DNA of 64,000 bases from Klebsormidium nitens (Eukaryota; Plantae; Klebsormidiophyceae). The position numbers were made by a program, and so were the translations under genes. Each line of letters begins with the position of its first letter. Position 1 is the stretch's first letter. This document shows, in pieces, positions 49,901-61,400 of this stretch. A model generated the notes under the pieces. It had not been told where the DNA came from. It worked only from the letters and a program-made list of their open reading frames with translations, and made no database searches. The stretch covers positions 186,001 through 250,000 of the forward strand of contig DF236955.1 in NCBI GenBank assembly GCA_000708835.1, given 5' to 3'.

Positions 49901-52900
49901 AAGCTGCCCCCGGGGCTCCTTTTCCCGGCCACTTCGGACTGGGTTAACGCAATCCCGTACAGACCAACCCACTTCCAGCCGATTAACAAAGAGCTGAACG
50001 AGCAACAACTGGGCGCCGTAAGTGAGGTGCTGAACCGCGCTGGCGGGGGGTCAGCGAACGGCTGCCCGTACCTGGTGTTCGGCCCCCCCGGGACGGGGAA
50101 GACAAACACGTGCATCGAGGCCATGCTCCAGGTGAGGCAGCCTGACCTGTAGTTTCGCCAAGACTGAAATACAAGACACGTTGAAGAAGCCTCGCTCCAA
50201 GATTCTATAACTTCGAGACTAACCAGTTCATCATCGAGCCGAAGTTTCAGAGCAATTTAGCTGATCGTAGTTTACGGGGCACTCAGAACGGACACTTGTG
50301 TATGAATTTCGACTTCGCTTCCTTTCCAGCAGAGCAAGAAAAATGGTCACTGAGCACACCGCGCACAGAGGTCACTGATGAGATGATTTGACCGAACCCA
50401 AAACACTGGCAGATCAATTGATTGGCGTCCATTCGGATCTCAGCTTCTCTTTCTTTCTTTTGATGCTGACGTCATGCTGTTGTCGCTCTCCAGGTGCTCC
50501 GTGCGGACCCCGCGTCGCGCATCCTGGCGTGCGCCCCCTCCAACTTCGCGGCTGACGTCATCCTGGAGCGGCTGCGGGGCCACGTGCAGAAGCGCGAGCT
50601 GTACCGGCTCAACGCACCCGCGCGGAGTGCAACCGAGCTGGAGGCCAGCTTACTGGAGTACTGCAGGTGGGCGCTTTTTGCCTTCCTCTAGCTCCGGTTC
50701 TTTCTGCTGCTTAATGTATGTCGTTCTTCTGCAATTTTAGTCGATCCTAACGGCGGTCATAACAGAGAGTTGCTTGATTTCCAGCTCTACGCATTCTTGC
50801 CTCGACACGTTGCCTCTCAACCGTGGAACCTTCTTGTGTATGTAGTTTGCTCTGTGAAGCCCACGGTCTAACTCGCGAATGTATGTCGTCTTCCGAGTCC
50901 TCGCGCGACCACGTACACTTTCGGCACGTTTCGATTTCCCCGAAATGAAGCCTCTGCTCCTGATCCTTTCCCGCAGCTTCGACCCCGCGCTCGGCCATTT
51001 CACCATCCCCGACGCGGCCGCCCTGGCGCGCCCACGTGTCATCATCTCCACCTGCTGCTCCGCCTCGCTTCTGCACGCCCAGGGCCTGCCACGTGGCCAC
51101 TTCAGCCACGTGTTCGTTGACGAAGCTGGCCACGCCCGCGAGACCGAGGCCCTCATTCCAATCGCACTTTTTGCGGATAAGACGAGCATCGTCGTTCTTG
51201 CGGGCGATCATAAGCAGCTGGGGCCCATCGTACGGTCCAAAATGGCCGCCGGGCGGGGCCTGGAGACGAGCTACCTGGAGCGGCTCGCGATGCAGGCGCC
51301 TTATCTGCCCTGGGGTGAGCGCATACAGCCGCTCCCGACAGCGTATTGTCTTTTCGCGCCGTGTGGTCTTCAGACCCTCTGAAACAAGTGGTTGTTGAAG
51401 AGGAAGCGGCATGAGATTGGTTTGGCCTCGGAGGAGCAGTCGGCCGTGTCTTTGGTTGTCTCTTGCAGGCGTATCGGAACGGAACGGCTCGGTGTCTTGG
51501 CATACATACTGGCCTTGAATGCAGACGTGAAAACCGCTTCGCTTTTGTAAGACGTCGCTCTTTTCTTCTGCGAGCCGACTCTTGATAACTTCTCTCGACT
51601 TCCCTCCGCCTATACGACAGTCTAAAACGTTTTTTTTTTCTCCCGAAGGGCCCGCTTCCGAGTACCACCCCCGGTTCATCACGCGCCTGGTGCGCAACTA
51701 CCGGTCGCACCCCGCCATCCTCGCGCTGCCGTCGCGCATGTTCTACCGGGACGAACTGGTCCCCTGCGCCGACGAGGCCCTGCGGTCATCGCTAACCAAC
51801 TGGGCGAGTTTGCCTAACCGGGACGAGTTCCCGATATTGTTCCACGGCGTCGAGGGGCGGGACGAGCGGGAGGGGAACAGCCCCTCGTGGTTTAACCCGA
51901 CCGAGGTCAGCTCGTAACCTTCGCATGAGTGCACGGACCTTACCTTTTCGCTTGGATCGATGATCTATCATCTGGATTCGTCTCCCATGAAGTGTTTACT
52001 GAGCGCTCGAAATAATTTTGGAGAAAGGTTCCCGTAGCCTGGTAAATATTAGCTCTCAGAAGAGCGCATGGAGAGTTGCAATATTCGCGGAGACGCGCAA
52101 TTGTGTGATTCACCTGTCCTTGTTAGCACGACCATTTGACCTTCTTTTTTGGAGTTATGACATCTGGCAGTAGCGACTAAGTTTGTCAGTGGGGTGAAAT
52201 GAGAAAGCGACGAGCTGTTAGGTGTCGTTCGCCGTGGTGGTTGCACGAGCCAAACTTCGGGTTAATCGCAGCAAAGTCTTCTGAAAGTCGCGTAATCAGG
52301 CCTCCTAGGCAAACAAAGGCCAGAGGGCTTTGGGCCCAGCAAAGCGTGGTCAGCAGAGTGTTACTTTATCCAGACGCCAACTATCCTTCGTCGAACAACC
52401 ATGCTCAAACGGTACAAGTTCCTACCTCTCATTCTCACTGCCTGCCGGTGGAGGCCCTCGGCAACCTCCACGTTCAAGCGGCTCATTGCACTCGATCGTT
52501 TTGCTCCTCGTCTCTGGTTGTGACCATCCTTTGTACCTCTCCGACAAAACAAAAGCCTTTATTGGAATTCCCTCGTATTTGAAAGGGATCCCTCTCTTGA
52601 TACAGGTCAGCCAGGTCGTCAAGTACGTGACTCAGCTCATCGAGAACCGCGGCGCGCGGGTGCTGGCGCGCGACATCGGCGTTATTTCGCCGTACCGGAA
52701 GCAGGTACAAAAGATCGATAAGCAGCTGACAGTCAAACACCCGGGGGTCAAAGTGGGCAGCGTCGAGCAGTTCCAGGGCCGGGTGAGCTATCCACTGAGA
52801 ATCTCTTCCGATTTGCTTTTTGTGCAATTCCATGGTTCCGTGCGCCATGTTCTTGGTCAAGGATGCTGCGAGGTCGGTGTTCGGGGGCCAGGAAGGGTGA

Positions 52901-54078
52901 CACTTTGACAAGGTTTCGGCAGAAGGGGAGAAGCAAACAGCTTGGCTGATGTGGCTGTGGAGAGGCCGGCCACCGCGATCGACGGACTGGCTTAGGTCAA
53001 GCTCCAAAACGAACTCTCATCAAATCATAAGCCTCTCCTGTACGGCAGTACAACTTATCGTACAATTGCAGGATGCTTTTGCGGCTTTGTGGCTAAAAGT
53101 CGGCTCTTTGAAGGTCGATCTGTTATGTGTAGGATGGTCGCATAAGAAAGCAATCATCGGACTGTAAGCTTACTCGGCTTTCTGCGCTCTACGTCCTTTC
53201 TTAATCGTCTGGAAGCGACAAAGTGTGCATCGCATCTGTCACATGTCTCGGACACAGCTCCGCAGACACCCCCCGAGAACTTCCGACAACCACGGCTATC
53301 TTCGCAGTTTCTGAACCGTATGCTCTGTGATACGTCTCCAGGAGAAGCGGGTGATCATCATATCGACGGTCCGGAGCAGCGCGGAGCACATCGAAAGCGA
53401 CCTGAAGCACAACCTGGGTTTCCTGCGGAACCCCAAGCGCTTCAACGTGGCAGTCACGCGCGCCCAGGCACTGCTTATCATCATCGGGAACCCGCACGTG
53501 CTTGCGCAGGTGGGGGTTCTTCAGGGTTTCCGTGGCTATGACGAAGAGCAGCTTTCTGCGCTTTCTGTTCTTTGTTGTACGAAAGCCGGTCCTTTTGCTG
53601 GCTGCAAGAGTATGACGGACCTCTGAAGATAAGTTGACTGAATTGTAAGGTCCACCTTTTCTGAGAATGCCGAAAAAGCGCGGCTGTTTGAGAAACGGCC
53701 TCTGGAAACCGGACTCTACAAAAGTCTGGTCAAAGCCTGGTCAAGGCACTTTCTCCTCGAAAATGGCATGGCGTATGCACGAAGGCTCCTCGAAGAGTCT
53801 GCTAAAATCCCCTTTTTTCCCTCGTTTCCAAGGATCGCTGCTGGGGCGCTATGTACGAGTACTGCCGGAACAACGGGGCATATGTGGGCTGCGAAGGGCC
53901 CCAGCCGCCTCCCAGCGGGGGACCCCCGCCGCCTCTCCGCACGGGGGCCCAGCCGCCTCCTAGCGCGGCGAGCCAGGAAGAGGCGCTGATAGCGGACTGG
54001 ACGCACCTGAATCTGTTGGACGGAATGTCGGACGACGGAGTAGAGGTCGAGAGACCGGAATGGCCTGAGGCCAAGTAA
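46998..54078 (+). CDS. SDE3: SDE3/MOV10-type SF1 (UPF1-like) RNA helicase, 969 aa; exons 46998-48002, 48993-49154, 49748-50131, 50494-50666, 50977-51314, 51649-51905, 52606-52782, 53342-53509, 53833-54078
   Basis: [69 protein letters not shown]|[12 protein letters not shown] and [12 protein letters not shown]. Exons sum to 2910 nt in frame. The first ATG is at 46998; the track start at 46989 is TTG. Confidence 0.93.
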
Positions 54079-55471
54079 GAGCTATTACAAAATGGGGGTT
54101 CGCGGAAACGATGCTCGAGGGCGGAGCTTGAGGTACTATATGTAGAGCCACGTGTGGCTGAGGCTGAATGACGAGTAGTTGAGGCACCGCTTGAGCGATG
54201 GGTTCACGTGACCGGAGAAGAAGGTAGAATGTCAGAGCTGCTAAGTTCTGTCCGGTCTGGTTTGCAAAAGGCGGATCTCGCGGGGTCTCCCTTGGGTAGT
54301 CAATGTGGGACGGTTGTAGGATAGATATTAGGGTGAGATGTCTGAAAAAATGGCGACTAGTTTGCCAGTCACGGAATTGCGGCAACGTGCCATGTAGAGT
54401 ATGGTTCTCAACTTAGACTTCTTATGTGTACAGATAAGGTGTGCGGACAGCTGTACTGAGGCGGCCGGCGTGGTAAAATAGATTCTAGAATATTTAATAA
54501 CATATGAGGACGGGGAGCTAAGCTACATTGCATACAACCATGAAGTGAAGACAAGTTACACGTGGGGCTTTCGGCAGAGCTAGATATGATGCATCAGTGA
54601 GTCTACCGTGACCGGGGGGGGCCCGCTGGCAGCCAAACAAATCTCATGGGCCGACGGTGCGATGGAGACGGACGGTCATGTACATATGATCGAGCTTTCA
54701 TGACGTGGACAAGCTCGCCGGCGCCTGTCGAGTATAAATAGCTCATGTGCAGTCCTAAGTAAAAGGATTTGACTGTCTGCTCATGCCCGAGATTAGAGTT
54801 GCTACCGGCTCGCCTGCGGGCCGCGGTGAAGACGTGAACGTCCTGTTGACCGTGCCCTCGATCATATAGTCGACATTCGGTGATAGGTATAGCTGTATTG
54901 GGACTCCGTGCTGCATGCCACCAGGCCTTGAAAATGATGCATGGTAGATAGATCACGCAACGACAACGGGCCTCATTATGCAGGCCGATGCAGCTTCATG
55001 GGTGTGAATATGTGTGCATACGGATAACATAGAAATCAATATGACATATGTGTCACGCATCGTTGTCTGCATACGATTGAGCGAATGTAAGGTCTGTTGC
55101 AAGCTGACCTTGGCGATCGCCTGAAGCAGTTCTGGTGACAGCGAGTGGCTACAACAGTGGACAGACAAGATAGATACCCAGCACAGGCCGTCGTAACGAC
55201 CAGATAGCTTTTAATTCCTTCAGATCATCAGACGACTTCCTTTTCCTTTCTGGCAAGAACTCTGCAACAGCCGCCATTATTTGTAGCGGTATTTGCTTTG
55301 ACGTTTTCAGACCGCACTTTTCAGCTTTCAATATAACTCTACGACGGCCACGAAATCTCGGAACCTTTTTTGGATAGCTGCTACTCGCTTTGTCAGACTA
55401 AACCTTAGCAACATATCGTTTCTAGACTCGATATCATCAGCTCATCAATTTGGCAGTGATGCGACAGACAC

Positions 55472-58400
55472 TCATTGCAGGCCGCCCAACACGTTGTCGT
55501 ACAGCTCGCCCTTCTCTGTCAGGTGCTCCATCAAGCGGTCAACCTCCCGGTCGTTGGCAGACAGGCCGACGATGCGCTCGCCCGAGTCGACCTGCGCTCG
55601 AACCAGCCGCACCTTGTAGTCCGTTGCGTGGTGGGTCCGCAGGACGACGTCGTTGTAGTCCTTCCAGATAGGGAGCACAGCGCCTGCAACGGACAAGAGC
55701 ACTTGAAACTCGCAAATCGAAAAAGGAAACTTGGACTACTCCATGCTGTCCACTGTGGCCTTCACTTTTTAAGGGGACGTTCGATATGAGGATATTTACC
55801 AGCTTCCAAAGCTGAGGCATGCGTTCTCGACGATCGTCAGGATGTTCATTCTCAAGAATGTCGATTCTATGAAGCTTAGTATACCTACTCCTCCACTCCC
55901 AAGCCTTTTATATCACCATGGCTGCTGACCTGTCAGACTTGCTCAGCAAGATTGAAGAATCGACATGTCTACTTGGGCTTCCTTTTCAATTTGTAAGCAG
56001 ATACAGAAGGTCGCACCCGGACAGCAACGACTTGGGGCTTTACCTGTTAGGACGTGGATCTGCTCCAAGCGGGTGCCGTAGTTGCAGAACTCGCCCCGGG
56101 ACTTCCGTACGCAGCCGAGCCCATGGAGGCAGCCTTGGAGGCAGTGTGCGTACCAGAACTTCCAGTGCTTCTCCGCCTGCATCGCGATCAAAGTTCCGTG
56201 TTAGACCACTGTGGTTGAGTTCCGAATTAAAACATAGGACGACAGAGATAGACAGCCTTCAAGAAAACCAAATGATTGGCAAGCGAGTGCTATATGAAGG
56301 TGACCTTGGACGTGAGCCCAAACGTCCTTGCACGATTGCAACTCTGGTTTGGAGGCGAGTGAAAGCAGAGCGACAGGTCAACAGTGGACTTACCCTCTCT
56401 TTGGAGACCTTTTTGTACTTGACGAGATCTCCTTCGGTGATTGCAGGGGCGCAGTTGTTGTGAGGGCGGATGATGCGGTAGTACTTGCATTGTCTGTGGA
56501 GAAAGGGGCATCAAAATCTCAAGGGTCCAGACTGAAAGAGCTCTGATGAACTTTGTCAACGGTTATGAACGAGGGGAATGCATCAGGGCAGGCAAACAAC
56601 AACCAGCGACCTTTCCACTTGGCCCTTCTCCAATCAGATTAGCATGAGCAAGCTACCTGGAAAGGCCTGGCAGCGACCTTCAAAGGCCTGACCACCCCGC
56701 TGCATAGCGGCGAAAGGAGGTCGCCTTACCGCCGATATTCCTTGCGCTGCTCCATGGCCAGGATGACGAAAGGGTGACCCGTTCCTCCGATGTTCGAGCT
56801 CCAGTCGCCGATGTAGTAGCTGTTTTTCGGCGTATCCACGGCGTAGTCGGATTGCAGGTAGGTCTGGAACTTGGCCTCGGCAGCCTCCCATGAGACGCCC
56901 CGGTCCAGCTCGAGGGCCACCTGCGACCAGGACAACAGTTCCGTTGAAGATCCGGGAGGAGATTCTTCCCGGAAGTCAGGACGAAATGGCGCGTCCAACC
57001 GGTATAGAAAGTCGAAAAACTCCTTTTCTTTCCGCCCCGACTGCTGTGTGCGTGCTCCTTATACCAGCCAGATAGGACGCATTGTAGCCGTTAGAGAGAA
57101 CATCTCTGCCTCACCAGCTTGGTCAGCGCTCCGGAGCCCGGGTCCTTGTGCAGGATTGTGGTATCGACCACCTTGGTGCTCTCCGCGCTGACGGACACGA
57201 TGCCGTCGTCGAACTGCCCCTTGCTCTTCTCCTGGCGGACTGCAGGGACACGTGGCAGGGACGGAGGTTAATCACATGTTTTTGAAACATTGGAGCGCGC
57301 TAAAAAGCCGTTGCGCTGCGAAGACGGGAAGATGTGCATGTTTTTGTGGAGGGGACCTTCAAGCGACCCTGTCTCCGGATGTCAAGAGCAGCAGATTACT
57401 CACCCACTGCGTCGAAGGTGTCTGAGAAAAAATTGAACAGGACCTCTTGATCCTGGAGAGCCATCCCCAGCAGCCGGTTGAGGAACTTGTCGACCTTTCT
57501 CAGGAGGGCGGGCTTGACGCGGTTTCTGCAAGGAGAGGGGATTTCATCATGGGGAATCCTTACATGGCAGATTTTCGACAGAAGACGCTGGCGTGCTTGA
57601 GCACAGCGTCGACCGACGATTGCTCAAACAACAGCACAATCATGCACACTCCATTTCCGGAAGCGCTGTCTTTGCACCATCGAAGCACTAGACAGTTAGA
57701 TAGATCCAGGTGATCCAGGTTGGCTTAAAAGAGAAGGAACCGCCCTCACCCATATCGCGAATCTTCCAGCAGCCCAACAGCTTGGAGGAGGTTCTTGGCG
57801 TGCGTCCGGAAGTCCTGCATACAAGAGAATCGTTGAAGATAGATTTCGTATCCGGCTAGACCGATCAAAAGATTTGCTAAGCACCAACTCGTCAACCCAA
57901 ATCGTGCAAACGAGACACGTACCCCTGCGTCTCTCCGGAGTTGTGCGTTCGCCTTCAAATTGAATACTAGCCGGCGCCCTCCTTATAGACCAGCTTCTCA
58001 CCTCGCCGCTAGGGAGTGTGGGCATAGTGGTCGTCGGCATAGGCAGGACTCCGTCCGTGATGACGGCGTAAACTTTTGCGAGGGCATCCTTTCCGTACTG
58101 TTAAGAGCAAACGAAAAGGAAGGTTCAGCATCTTTAAGAACGCACCCGACGCCCTTCGCAACTGCTTTGTGAAACTGCTCATAACGAGGACGAGAGCCAG
58201 GGTAGAATCTCAGCGATTGCATGCTACACTGTCACCCCCTGGTTTACTGTTGCGTGACCAGAATGGCTTCTCTACTTTGCAAAATGGATTGGCGGGTGCA
58301 CTCTAGGAGACAAACCTGACGAGTTGCTCAACACTGTCCTGCAGGCAAATCGAAGATGGCTTGTGTATCGCATTGCGAGACATACCTTGTTGTCGATGTC

Positions 58401-61400
58401 GAAGTTCTTGAGGTCCACGCCCGCACCGAGTGCTCGACGGTCGCCCTTGAGAAGCGCTCCCAGACTCTGCAACCGAGTTTGGATCAGCACCTGGGGCAGC
58501 TCAGCAGATCGTGATGCTTCTGACGGAGAGCACCTCTAGCTAAGCAAAACGGCTGCTTCGGGAACCAGAACCTTGGCAGAAGGGAGCCGATATCTTGAAA
58601 AGTGGCAGCTTCCCTTCTTAGCTTTACTGATACATATCTTGTTGGAAGGATGTCAGAGCTTTCCGCTTACCTGTAGACGCTTGGCGGCCGCGGAAGCGAA
58701 CCGCTTCTCACCCCCGCAGTTCGTCACCATGATCCGATAGACTGGGGCCGACGCCTGGTTCGAGCGATGCGTTCGTCCAAATTGCTGGATCGCCTTCTCT
58801 GCCGACCATGGCAGCTCCTGCAAGAAGTATCAAGGTACCAAAGAGATGTTCAAGAGAGCCAACCCCTGTATCCTGAGCTCGGTTTTGAAGCCTGCTGAAG
58901 CATTTGAGCAGTCAACCAGCTTCACAAGCATCAAAGCGGTTAATTCTTTTCGTCATCTTGATCACAGACTTCGAGCCACGAGATGTCAGTTGCCACTTGT
59001 CAAGAGGCGTAATCCGTCCGCATTTGTCCTAGGAGAATATAGAAGCTCACCAGGGTCACGTGCAGCCGACGTCTTGTGTTCTCCACCCGCTTGTCTGCTT
59101 GCAGCGAAATACCCGTGGACGCCGCTTCCGAGATGATCGCGTACAGCTTCTCTCCGGCCATGAAGGCGTTCTTCTCGTTGATGTTCAACATCTGAGGGGC
59201 AAGAAATTGCAATTTAGAATCACAGAAACGGCGGCAACAGGCAGTCGAGCTCAGCATTGAGTCTGCCGGCTGTCACTTGCCTCGCTATTGTTCTTATTTT
59301 GGGGAAAAACCTGCCAGCAACCCTTTCAGTGATTGTGTCCACTTAATTACAGTCGTACTGCCCGGCTCGAGCACATACCTTGAGGGCGCAGTGCTTGTTG
59401 CGATTCTCGATGACGACGCTCCCGTCCTCTGTCCGGACCTGATGAGACGCACGTCCCGTCATCTCGGCCACAGCGTCGGGCCCCCCGAGTCGCGCCTTCA
59501 AGTCGTCCAGCTGCACATAAGAAGGGAGAGGATGAGTCACACAGTTCTGCTCCGCTGTGATGCCTTGCAGCGGAGCCTTCGTGAGTTTCTCTCCACAAAC
59601 ATTTTGGATTTTATGATCCGTAGCTCTCGTAATGATTGACCGAACAAGGTACCGGATAAAGTCGGCTTATCTGGGAGTCAACGACATCGGAGTCAAAAAT
59701 TGACAAGCACACCCCACCAAAGTTTCTCCCTAACACGCAAGACTGTATGCAGACTAGACGGGAACTCACCGGGTTGGGGGGGAGCTCCAGCAGCTCAACG
59801 ATCTGCTTGAGAAGTCTCTGCACGCGCTCCAGTCTCGCGTTGTGATAATACTGATCATCTCCGCTGCAGAACACAAAAACGGCAAGGCAATCTCAGCCAA
59901 GAAATTTCAGGTCCGATCCAGAAATATTCTGCCGGACTGCGTAGCGTGCATTCAGTTCAGCGGAATGTGATAGCGTGGGTCCGACGTGAGCTTTTGAGCA
60001 GAACAAGCTTTGTAGCGCGAGAAACTGGAGGAGAGCTCACGCGCCCGCGTCGTCGATCTCTTCATCGTCACTCTCGGGGATGTCCACGGCCTTCTTTCTG
60101 CGAGTAGGGGGCTTGGGCTTGACGATGGCCGGCTTCTTCTCGCCTTCCGCCTTGACCCGAACAGGTGGTGGAGCCGCCAACATCTCCATGTCAGAGTCGG
60201 AGTCGTCCTTTGGAGAAGCAGTCTTTGCTCTGCGCGAGGAGAAGAGAAAACGGCAGATGAGCAGCACTTCTTTAATGAAGCCCGATCACAAAGGCCGACG
60301 ACGTTGAAAGCAATCGTATGAGATAATCACAAGCAAACGTAAGCAGCTAGTCTTAGCACACACCCAACCAATAATGAAATGTGAGAGGTTAGGGCGAGCG
60401 GCTTCAAGCAAACAGCCCCCAGAAGAGAAAGTTGAAGCGCAAGCGCTTGGAGGCGTCTGCTAAGGTTTCTTCTAAGCAGAGCTTTAGCTGCTTGAAATCT
60501 CGATTCCAAACTCTAGACGTACCTTTTGAACTTCGGCGCCGCCGCTTTCCCCTTGCCCTTCTTGTCCGCCACCGCCTTCTCCTGCCGCCAATCGAACTCG
60601 AGGTCGCTGTCGCTGTCGTCATCCTCGTCATCGTCGCTCTCGCTCTCGCTGGCGCTGGCCTGGTAGTCGTCCTCTGAGTCAGACAGGTCCACGACCCCCT
60701 TGCCCGCTGCCTTCCGCTTCTGCGCCCGGCCCTTCGCCGGCGTTTTGAAGTCTCCCTCGTCCTCGTCCTCGAGCTCGTCTTCGACGTCGGTGGCCGCAAC
60801 AATCGACGGGCTTGCGGTGCCGGCGGACTTGTTGCCAGGGCTGGTGCGCCCGTTCTGCTGGCACTGAAGGCAGCATAGATTTGCAGGTCGAACTTTTGGT
60901 CATCAAGACTTTGAAAGGGAAAACGTGTGTAAGCACCTGGATATCGCCCCAGGGAACCAAGAAAACAAGCTCCGTAACTCATCCGACAAGCAGGCTCTTG
61001 ACTCAAGTGCCTTTCAATATGACTTCAACACCAGCAGGCCCCCAGCTCGCAACTTGAGCAGCACAGTCCCAAACAGAAGGTGGCCCAACTATTGACCTGA
61101 CCGTCAGGTTGACGTCTCTGTCTTTCGAATCGTCGAAGCAGTTCAGGATGGTTCGAGCGCCCAAATCGGCATCCACTCTCACCTCAGCGCAGAACCAGTC
61201 TCCTTCCGGGACCTCTTCCAGGGGAGGTGTTAGGCAGCCTTTGTGGTACGGCTTCTCGCATCCGTCACAAATCATCTCGTCTCCCGTGTCAATCTTGCAG
61301 ATCTGGCAAGGTTCACCGTCCCAGGACGCCTTCTCCTCCTCAAGCTGCCACATCCTACTGAGGCTTTAGTGCCGGATCGAAGCAAGAACGTAATACCAGA

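Noticed and set aside
54733-54741. TATAAATAG in the SDE3/SBNO gap as a possible snRNA or ncRNA promoter
   Set aside because: No upstream USE-like element and no recognisable RNA gene downstream; consistent with the AT-word-rich island.
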